Source of the DNA: Candidatus Bathyarchaeota archaeon
GTDB taxonomy: Archaea; Thermoproteota; Bathyarchaeia; Bathyarchaeales; Bathycorpusculaceae
Direction: 5' to 3'
Length of the DNA stretch: 64,000 bases
NCBI GenBank assembly: GCA_963767735.1
Contig: CAVYES010000006.1
Coordinates: 352,001-416,000, forward strand
Each line of letters opens with the position of its first letter. The first letter of the stretch is position 1. The notes under the pieces were generated by a model. That model was not told the DNA's origin. It ran no database searches and was given only the letters and a program-made list of their open reading frames with translations. Of this stretch, positions 29,440-37,456 are shown in pieces. The translations under genes and the position numbers were made by a program.

Positions 29440-30951
29440 TTACTCTCCTGCCAACTTTACGCCTAAGATTTTTGACTCCGCTCGCGTTAAGCCGACACCC
29501 CGTAGGGCTAATCGGTTGCCCCGTAGGCTTTCGATGGCGTTTATGCCCATGCCGCCCATAATGTCTTTAATTTCTAAGCTCCAGCTGTTTAGCATGTTTA
29601 CAAGGCGTTTCGAAGCAATGTCGGGGTTGATGCGTTTGCTAATCCATGGGTCACTTGTTGCAATACCCCACGGGCATTTGCCAGTGTAGCAGCGTTGACA
29701 AACAGTGCAGCCTATGGCTATCAAAGCGGCAGTTGCAATGTACACTGCGTCTGCGCCTAACGCTATAGCTTTAACCACATCAGCGCTGCTTCTTATGCCG
29801 CCTGCCGCTATGACGGAAGCATTATTTCTGATGCCCTCTTCTCTGAGCCGCTGGTCCACTTGTGCAATGGCTAATTCGATGGGTATGCCTACGTTGTCTC
29901 TGATGGTTTTGGGTGCCGCGCCAGTTGCGCCTCTGACGCCGTCAAGAGCAATTATGTCTGCTCCAGCTCGCACCATGCCGCTTGCGATTGCAGCCGCGTT
30001 GTGAACAGCCGCGATTTTCACGGAGATAGGTTTGGTGTAGTTTGTGGCTTCTTTAAGCGCGTAAATTAACTGTCGCAAGTCTTCGATTGAGTAGATGTCA
30101 TGTTGAGGGTACGGTGAAAGCGCGTCTGTGCCTGTCGGTATCATGCGTGTTTTAGCTACGTTTTCGGTTACTTTTTCGCCTGGTAAGTGTCCCCCTATGC
30201 CGGGTTTTGCGCCTTGACCGATTTTTATTTCTACGGCTGCGCCTACCTTAAGGTATTTGGGGTGAACACCGAACCGTCCAGACGCAACTTGAACTATGGC
30301 GTGGTCGCCGTACTTGTATAGGCTTTTGTCTAAGCCGCCTTCGCCAGTGTTGAAGTATGTTCCGCACTCGGCAGCTGCTCGCGCTAAGGATTCATGAACG
30401 TTTAAGCTTATAGCGCCATACGACATTGCTGAGAACATTACTGGTATGTCGAGGCAAAGCTGGGGGGTAAGCTGTGTCTTAAGCACGGTTTCGCCGTTTT
30501 CCATTTCCAACTCAAGCTTGTCTGGTTTCGCACCCAGATAAGTTCTAATCTCCATCGGTTCACGCAGAGGGTCGATTGATGGGTTGGTTACTTGACTGGC
30601 GTTTAAGAGTAGTTTGTCCCAGTAAGTGTAGTCTGGTTTGTCACAGCCCATGCCTGTTAAGATTACTCCCCCCGTTTCAGCCTGCTTTTTCAAGTCTCGA
30701 ATAGCCTCCATTGTCCAGTTAGCGTTGTCTCGGCTGGCGTTAGGGTTCTTTCTAATGGTTATGGCGTGAGTGGGGCAGAAGGTTACGCAGCGTTGGCAGT
30801 TTACACAGTTCTCATCCTTACTACAAATCTTGTCAGTTTCTTGGTCGTAGGAATGAGTTTCATATGTGCATTGATTAACGCATACTTTGCAGCGTATACA
30901 ACGGTTTTGGTCACGTTCAACTAAATACTCTGGAATAATGTAAGTTTTCAC
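29440..30951 (-). CDS. Glutamate synthase FMN-binding subunit (GltB2-like) with N-terminal ferredoxin
   Basis: AMSYGAIS, NTGEGG, QVASGRFGV, IKIGQGAKPGIGGHLPG, CYTGKCPWGIAT. Confidence 0.96.
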   Translation of the reverse strand: MKTYIIPEYLVERDQNRCIRCKVCVNQCTYETHSYDQETDKICSKDENCVNCQRCVTFCPTHAITIRKNPNASRDNANWTMEAIRDLKKQAETGGVILTGMGCDKPDYTYWDKLLLNASQVTNPSIDPLREPMEIRTYLGAKPDKLELEMENGETVLKTQLTPQLCLDIPVMFSAMSYGAISLNVHESLARAAAECGTYFNTGEGGLDKSLYKYGDHAIVQVASGRFGVHPKYLKVGAAVEIKIGQGAKPGIGGHLPGEKVTENVAKTRMIPTGTDALSPYPQHDIYSIEDLRQLIYALKEATNYTKPISVKIAAVHNAAAIASGMVRAGADIIALDGVRGATGAAPKTIRDNVGIPIELAIAQVDQRLREEGIRNNASVIAAGGIRSSADVVKAIALGADAVYIATAALIAIGCTVCQRCYTGKCPWGIATSDPWISKRINPDIASKRLVNMLNSWSLEIKDIMGGMGINAIESLRGNRLALRGVGLTRAESKILGVKLAGE

Positions 30952-32091
30952 TGAGTTTTTCCTCCCGCTAAAACTTCAATGCGTGTTGGGTAGCTGTTTT
31001 TTAGTCTAGTGACAACCGGTTCTCCGCCTCTTGGGCACCAGAACTTATCAAGACTTGGCGAAACCAACCGCATGGCTGACTCCTCAGATGACAGGTACGC
31101 GTAGTCGCCGTTTGAACCCGCCACCATTGGCCGCAGCTTAATTCTGTCAGTTAACCCAATCATTTCACCGTGGTGCGCAACGATTATGCTAAATGGCCCA
31201 TTCATCAGTAGGCTACCGTAGGTTTGGCGCAGTGATCTTAGAAGCAGCGCTTTTTTGGGTTCCATGCTGTCTATTTCGCTCCATAACGGCGCCGCCAAGA
31301 TTTGCGCAACCAATTCAATCGGTAAGTTTTGTCTTCGAATCAGCAAGTCCACCGCGTATGCTAACACTTCAGTGTCTGTTTGCATGGTGCACTTGTAACC
31401 GTACATTTCCAGGTAGCGGCGGTTTATGCCGTAGGATGAGAGTTCACCGTTGTGAACTACTGTCCAGTCCAAAATGCTGAATGGGTGTGCTCCGCCCCAC
31501 CATCCAGGAGTGTTTGTGGGGAATCTGCTGTGGCATGTCCAAAGGTATCCTTGGTAGTCTTCTAAACAGAAGAAGTCTGCGACGTCTTCTGGGAAGCCTA
31601 CTCCTTTGAATACGCCCATGTCTTTGCCGCTTGAGAAGACAAATGCCTTTCCCGTTTCAGTGTTAATGTGCATGATGGAATCTATCACGTAATCTTCTTC
31701 AGTTTGGCCTTCAGGCCGATGTTTTTTTGGTTGAACAAAATATCGCCAAACTAACGGGGGGTCATGGACGTTGGCAGGTTTTGTCTGCATTTCTTCGTCG
31801 TAGATTATGTCAAATCTTAGACGCGAGTATGTGATCGGTTTTTTCTTTTGCGTCTTTGCTTAGATACATTACGTGGAAAGCGTAATAGTCTTTGAACTCT
31901 GGGTATATGCCGTAAACTGCGAAGCCGCCGCCTAAACCGTTGCCGCGGTCATGCATGTTCGTTATCGCACGTACAGGGTCTTTCGATGAGAAGCGTATGC
32001 CATCAGTATTCATCATGCCGAAAAGGGCGCACCCTGAGAAATCCTTGTCATCTCCGAAGGGACTGATTATTTTTCTGTCTTTACTATCCAT
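30948..32091 (-). CDS. Glutamate synthase class-II amidotransferase subunit (GltB1-like), split by a frameshift near 31817
   Basis: N-part GCALFG...MHDRGNGLGGG; C-part HSRFPTNT, VHNGE, TDTE, DRIKLRP. Removing one base gives ...RFDIIYDEEMQTKP. Confidence 0.85.
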
Positions 32092-32093
32092 TT

Positions 32094-33374
32094 TTATTGC
32101 ACCACACTCATTTTTCTCTGCAGACCAGTCGGCAACGTTGCCCAGCTGAAGTCATCCTCAAGAAGTTTCTGCTTGAATTTTTTCACGTTTATCGCATTTT
32201 TCATAAGGTAGAAAAGAATGCCTGCTCGTTCAATGCTGTTAACAAGCGTCAAGCCTACAATAACGTTGTTTTTGAGGACAAGTTTCTTGTAGACATTTTG
32301 CTCAGCGTCTTCTTTAATGAGCACTTCCAGTGCTGGATCTTCTTTAGAGTTAGCTAAGCCGATGGAAACGATAGGGATGCCAAAATACTTGAGGCTGCTC
32401 ATGTTTGTGCCGCCCATGTACGCGGTTGTCTTGCCGGCCATGTTGTACCCTGCAACTTGACCTTCCAAGACTGCAAGAGGCCAGAGGGGCAAGAGGCGGT
32501 TCTGGTTCATGATGAAATCGTACGTTTCAGCCACATCGCCGCTAGCGTAAACGTCAGACACGGTTGTCTGCATCATATTATCCACTACTATTCCCCTGTT
32601 AATTTTCACCGCTGTTCCGGCTACCAGTTCCGTGCGTGGAACAACACCTATAGCTACGATGACAAGGTCGCAGGATAGTTGGTCACCTTTAGTTAAGATT
32701 ACTCCGCCGACGGCGCCTTCGTTATCTGGTTTACCCACGATTTTCTGAACGGATTGACCAGTTACGACGTTGACGCCTGCTTTCCGAATGACACCTTCCA
32801 CGAGGTCTGAACCTTTTGCGTCCAAGAGTAAGCTGAGAATTTTCTCCTGCAACTCAACCATCGTAACTTTTAAGCCGCGTTTCATGAGTGCTTCAGTTAC
32901 GCTTATGCCGATAAGTCCTGCGCCTATAACCACCGCTGCCTTAGCGTTTACGCTACCAATTTTAGCTGAAAGCCGCTGTGCATCCGCCATCGTCGTGAAG
33001 GTAAACACGCCATCTTTATCTGACCCTTCCATTTTTGGAACGAAGGGTTTGCCGCCTGTGGCTATTAGCAACTTTTCATAAGCGATTTTTTCGCCACTGT
33101 CAAGTTGCACAGTTTTCTCAGTTAAGTTTATGGCTGTTGCTTTTTTGCCGGTGACTGCTTCTATGTTGTTTTCTTTCCAGAACTCGTCGCTTCGGCACTT
33201 CATTTTTTGGATGTCTGCTTTTCCACTAACAAGGTCGCTAATCATTGGGCGACTGTAATGGGCGCATGTTTCATCAGAGATTATAGTTATGGTTCCAGTC
33301 TGATCGATTTCCCGGATGGCTTCAACCGCGCCTATGCCTGCTGCTGAAGCGCCAACAACCACGTACTTTGCCAT
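32094..33374 (-). CDS. FAD/NAD(P)-dependent oxidoreductase (NirB/NADH oxidase-like), probable electron input to glutamate synthase
   Basis: VVVGASAAG, LLIATGG, VIGAGLIG, VYASGD. Confidence 0.9.
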   Translation of the reverse strand: MAKYVVVGASAAGIGAVEAIREIDQTGTITIISDETCAHYSRPMISDLVSGKADIQKMKCRSDEFWKENNIEAVTGKKATAINLTEKTVQLDSGEKIAYEKLLIATGGKPFVPKMEGSDKDGVFTFTTMADAQRLSAKIGSVNAKAAVVIGAGLIGISVTEALMKRGLKVTMVELQEKILSLLLDAKGSDLVEGVIRKAGVNVVTGQSVQKIVGKPDNEGAVGGVILTKGDQLSCDLVIVAIGVVPRTELVAGTAVKINRGIVVDNMMQTTVSDVYASGDVAETYDFIMNQNRLLPLWPLAVLEGQVAGYNMAGKTTAYMGGTNMSSLKYFGIPIVSIGLANSKEDPALEVLIKEDAEQNVYKKLVLKNNVIVGLTLVNSIERAGILFYLMKNAINVKKFKQKLLEDDFSWATLPTGLQRKMSVVQ

Positions 33375-33818
33375 TTACGGTTTCACCTCTTTGAATATCA
33401 ACGCTTGGTTGGGGCAGTTGGCGACGCATGCTGGCTCGTCGAAGCCTTGGCATAAATCACATTTGGCAACTACGTGGCCTTCTTTATCCATTCTTATGGC
33501 GCCATATGGACAAATCATTACACATGTCCAGCACCCCATGCATTTCTCTTGATTATGGGTCACTAAACCCGTTTTTTCATCTTTTTGCATTGCGCCTGAT
33601 AAGCAAGCGGTTACGCACGGGGCATCTTCGCAGTGTCGGCATTGGATGGCGAAGGAAACCGGTTTGCTTACTTCGAGCTTTATTCTGCTTATTGGTTTTG
33701 GATGTTCAGTGTTGTAGGCTTTGACTATGTCTTTTGATTTTGAATGTTGGACTGTGCAGTACACTTCGCATAGTCCGCAGCCCATGCATACTTCTTGCTT
33801 TGCTATTATCTTTTTCAC
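33375..33818 (-). CDS. 4Fe-4S dicluster (DmsB/CooF-like) electron transfer protein
   Basis: CMGCGLCEVYC, CRHCEDAPCVTAC, CMGCWTCVMICP, KCDLC...ACVANCP. Confidence 0.93.
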   Translation of the reverse strand: MKKIIAKQEVCMGCGLCEVYCTVQHSKSKDIVKAYNTEHPKPISRIKLEVSKPVSFAIQCRHCEDAPCVTACLSGAMQKDEKTGLVTHNQEKCMGCWTCVMICPYGAIRMDKEGHVVAKCDLCQGFDEPACVANCPNQALIFKEVKP

Positions 33819-34095
33819 GATAGTTCAACCTCATTAATTTTTATGTTTAGCGTGGACAAGTGAGCATAAGAATGTGCAGTTCAACATCGCTTGTGCAAAA
33901 AACGCTTTTGTTTGTGGTTGATTGGTTACCACAAGTCAGGATTATTTTGCGGGTGTTTACTGCCATTTTTACCACTTTTCGCTTGGAGTTAGCCCACATA
34001 AATGGCATTTATTCTATATAACTATGTTGCTAATCATTTATATGCCACTTCATGAAATATGTTATCTAAATGAAACATATATCAGGTGAACTGTT

Positions 34096-35199
34096 TTGGC
34101 GGAAAAAGACTTAGGCTATAGACGGGTCCAATGCACGGGCAGAGGCTCATACATAATATCGCTACCTAAAGAATGGGTCCAAGACCTGGAGCTAAAACGA
34201 GGCAGCGAAATAGCATTCAACATCCAACCAGACTCAACATTAACGTTGGTTCCACGGAAAATACAGGAAAAAGAAGGCAGAGGCACCGCAGCTAAACTTA
34301 AAGAATACTTTATCTCCGTTGACCCCAAAGAACCCATACAATCTACTCTACGCATGACCCGTGCATTATACGCCATAGGCGCCGACATAATAAGAGTCCA
34401 CTTCAAAAACGCTCAAGACGCAGTAAAATACAAAAACGAAATAAAAAACTTGGCTAGAGACAACTTTCTTGGCTCAGAAATAATAGATGAAACAACCGAC
34501 GAAATTACCCTGCAAATCCTCATAAAACCCTCAGAATTCCCCATTGAAAAAGCGGTTAGACGAATGGCTATCGTGGCGCTTTCCGCGAACAGAGACGCCA
34601 TCGCCGCTTTGAAGGAGAGAAGTACTGCCTTGTTTGACAGCGTAATCAACGCTCACAATGATGTAAACCGCTTGGGATTATACATTGTTCGCCAGCTAAA
34701 ATATGGAATAGAACGCAACCTATACCGTGAACTCGGCTTTAGGACACCTAAAGAGTTCCTTTTATATCGTATTGCGGTAAACGACATCGAAAGCATCGCT
34801 CAAAACGCCATGAACATCATAAACAACCTGGGTTCACTGCAGAAACTCATCGACGACGAAACGCTGTTCATAAAAGACCCCATAGATGAAGAAATATATA
34901 ATCAACTTGTGAATTTCAGCACGCAAGCCAACCAACTGTACGACGACGCCATAAAGGCACTCTTCAAACGAGAATACAAAGACGCAGAAAAACTCATCTC
35001 AAAACGCGACTCTCTGGAACCGCTCGAAAACGAGTTAATCATGCTGATGTCGAGCAAAAAACTGGATCCAAACATAGCCTCAGTGCTTCGCTTAATTTTT
35101 GACAGTTCAAGACGCATAATGGATTACAGCAGAAACATGGCAGAACTAACACTAAACCGAACCGTAGAAGAACTATGCTCAACATTCGCATACAAATAA
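34096..35199 (+). CDS. phoU: Archaeal phosphate uptake regulator PhoU with N-terminal AbrB domain
   Basis: RRVQCTGRGSYIISLPKEWV plus two PhoU helical repeats. Confidence 0.9.
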   Translation: MAEKDLGYRRVQCTGRGSYIISLPKEWVQDLELKRGSEIAFNIQPDSTLTLVPRKIQEKEGRGTAAKLKEYFISVDPKEPIQSTLRMTRALYAIGADIIRVHFKNAQDAVKYKNEIKNLARDNFLGSEIIDETTDEITLQILIKPSEFPIEKAVRRMAIVALSANRDAIAALKERSTALFDSVINAHNDVNRLGLYIVRQLKYGIERNLYRELGFRTPKEFLLYRIAVNDIESIAQNAMNIINNLGSLQKLIDDETLFIKDPIDEEIYNQLVNFSTQANQLYDDAIKALFKREYKDAEKLISKRDSLEPLENELIMLMSSKKLDPNIASVLRLIFDSSRRIMDYSRNMAELTLNRTVEELCSTFAYK

Positions 35200-35470
35200 G
35201 TTTTTATCTAAACACCTCTTAAGCTGGGAGGGCTGTTGAGTTAAGTGAAAGTCGATTCAGTGCCAATGAAAAAATCGCTAAAAAACTGAAAGATTGGTTG
35301 TAGACACCTTAACCATCGATCTGGAAAAAGCTATAAAATATTATGAAGAGAGCAAGAAACTGGAATAGGGGAGGTTGTCTGCAACATAAAAGAGCGGATA
35401 GCTTATCTAAAAAAGCAAGCTTGGTTAGAGAATAAATTCAGTAAGAAAACTGGACGTTGAATTAAAGTGA

Positions 35471-35579
35471 TGGTGCTCCGGCCGGGATTTGGACCCGGGT
35501 CCGCGACTTAAGAGGCCGCTATACTTAGTCCCTTAATAAGAAGTCTTAGTAAGGTTTGACCGGACTATACTACCGGAGC
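35471..35579 (-). tRNA. tRNA with Glu-type body, anticodon CTT (Lys) as sequenced, 31-nt D-loop intron (35525-35555), encoded CCA
   Basis: Spliced: GCTCCGG TA GTAT AGTCCGGTCAA GTAT A GCGGC CTCTTAA GTCGC GGAC CCGGG TCCAAAT CCCGG CCGGAGC A CCA. BHB motif GGTC-AAA-CCTTA / TAAGG-GACT-AAG. TATA-like sequence ~30 nt upstream. Confidence 0.85.
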
Positions 35580-35689
35580 ATTCGCAAAAGGGTTATCTCT
35601 TACAGATAAATATCTTTTCATGCACTTTAGAACTAAAACGAATCGAAGGTAAAACACTTATACATTGTCATGGTTAATCTGGTGTACCA

Positions 35690-35998
35690 GTGGTGAACAA
35701 TGCTTTGATGACGCTTGATGAAACAAAACAGCAATTGCAAGAACTCAAACCTGTTCTCAAAGAAAAGTATAAAGTGGAAACAATAGAAATTTTCGGCTCA
35801 TACGTTAGAAGTGGGCAAACACCACAAAGCGACATTGACCTTCTTGTTACATTCTCAGAAACACCCGACATCGTAGGTGTCAACAACATCAAAAGATTTC
35901 TCAGAAGAAAACTCGGCGTAAAAGTTGACCTAGTTTCAAAAAAATACCTAAACCCAATCATTAAAGACAGGGTTCTAAAAGAAGCTATACCCGTATGA
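35690..35998 (+). CDS. MNT (minimal nucleotidyltransferase) antitoxin
   Basis: IFGSYVRSGQTPQSDIDLLV, LGVKVDLV. Confidence 0.92.
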   Translation: MVNNALMTLDETKQQLQELKPVLKEKYKVETIEIFGSYVRSGQTPQSDIDLLVTFSETPDIVGVNNIKRFLRRKLGVKVDLVSKKYLNPIIKDRVLKEAIPV

Positions 35999-36360
35999 AG
36001 AAAGTACGTGGTCCATCAGATTACAAGCTTTATCTTCAAGAAATAGTTTTGCACATTAAAATAATTGAAGAGTACACAAAAGGGATGACGCTTGACCAAT
36101 TTATTCATGATTGAAAAACTGTAGATGCTGTAGATACTAACTTGCGGAACATCGGCGAAGCCATGAACGTTTTATCAAAAATTCCAGATATGAAATCAAA
36201 ATTTTATCAATATCATGTTCCTTGGCAGGACATAGCAAGTTTACGCCATTTTCTTTCGCATGAGTATTTCAGCAGAGACCCAGAAATCATATGGAAAAAC
36301 GCTACTTCACTTCTACCCAGAATTAAACCTCAAATCAAGAAAATGCTAAATGAATCTTAA
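35995..36360 (+). pseudogene. HEPN (DUF86) ribonuclease toxin with in-frame TGA at 36112-36114
   Basis: MKKVRGPSDYKLYLQEI...FIHD*KTVDAVDTNLRNIGEA...PWQDIASLRHFLSHEYF. R-x4-H motif intact; ATGA overlap with the MNT gene. Confidence 0.85.
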
Positions 36361-36392
36361 AGCAGAACGAATCCACAAAATTATTCGAAAAA

Positions 36393-36746
36393 CTATGTTT
36401 CCTCGTCTATGTTTAGGAACTGCTTAATGGTTTTCATGATTTCAGTTAGCCCTTTCTCCGTTATAGGGGGTTGATAAGGAATTCTGAGCACATCCCACCC
36501 CTGAGCTTCCAAAAGTTCATCGATTTCGCTATCTCGCTTTTGCTGTTTATCGCTCGAATGTACTGGTAAGCCATCCAGATAAACAATTTTTCGTTTATTC
36601 ATCCAGCAAAAATCAGGAATCGTTGATTTTAATATGATTGGTTTTTGTGTCAGCATGCCGCTGGTTAATCCAGCTTTGCTTAATTCGTGGAAAACCGCCA
36701 TTTCTGCTTGGCTGACTTTAGGATGCATATTTTCTTTATAGCTCAA
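36393..36746 (-). CDS. DUF559/Vsr-like PD-(D/E)xK endonuclease-domain protein
   Basis: IPDF, VYLDG..H, RDSEIDELLEAQGWDVLRI. Confidence 0.8.
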   Translation of the reverse strand: MSYKENMHPKVSQAEMAVFHELSKAGLTSGMLTQKPIILKSTIPDFCWMNKRKIVYLDGLPVHSSDKQQKRDSEIDELLEAQGWDVLRIPYQPPITEKGLTEIMKTIKQFLNIDEET

Positions 36747-36835
36747 GTTAGGCTCACAAAAAGTAGCATTGCATCTGAGGCTTAATAAATTTAATACAAA
36801 AAAGCGGTTAGATTGTATGCAGTAACCAAAAGTAG

Positions 36836-36995
36836 ACTTGGCGGATCGCCCTTGTTAATCCGAAACGCGAATCAAAAATAGGCCCTGTTGTCAGGGTACA
36901 GCAACCCGCGCCTCGTTTAACAGCTGACCCGCCAAGTATGGGTGTACCTCTTGGATGGCTATTTTCTCGCGAACTAACAGGACTTCGCCAAGTAT
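36836..36995. ncRNA. Candidate structured non-coding RNA with alternative pairings
   Basis: Several nested complementary segments in a gene-free interval (see findings); no family recognised. Confidence 0.4.
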
Positions 36996-37099
36996 AAATG
37001 GAATTGTGATTGTATAATTGCAACAACAAGCGTGCAAGCTTCTATATTAAATCCAATTTTTAAAGTTGCAAATGATTAAAGAAAGCGGTTGCTTTTGCA

Positions 37100-37330
37100 T
37101 TATTCATTTATTATTTCCTGTGTTTCTTCGTAAACTATGGGCATAATTGTTACGTTGTCTTTTACGTTATCTTTTTCTTTTTTGAGTGGTTTCTCTTGTC
37201 TTTTCGTTGGTCTTTTTTGGTCGCCGATGCAATACATGCACCATCCTATTAGGAATATGAAGACTAATGCTGGAAGAAGCACAATCGTCACGATTTTGCT
37301 GCGTTTACGTTTGCCTTTTGGAGGTACCAA
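37100..37330 (-). CDS. Small single-pass membrane protein
   Basis: Basic N-terminus, one TM (IVTIVLLPALVFIFLIGWCMY), charged tail. Confidence 0.7.
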   Translation of the reverse strand: MVPPKGKRKRSKIVTIVLLPALVFIFLIGWCMYCIGDQKRPTKRQEKPLKKEKDNVKDNVTIMPIVYEETQEIINE

Positions 37331-37456
37331 CTTTGCACCTGATAACCCAAATTCGAGATGGCAAAATAAGCTTTGATTCCTTCAAATAAAGATGCTAAAT
37401 CAATAATTCAGGTCAACATTGAAGTGAACAAAAAAAGAAAGGTAACGTCTCTCAAG

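Noticed and set aside
36112-36114. TGA in HEPN, and the stops at 3235 and 3124, as evidence of recoding or selenocysteine
   Set aside because: TGA and TAA end many intact genes here, the position is not a catalytic Cys site, and I see no SECIS-like element.
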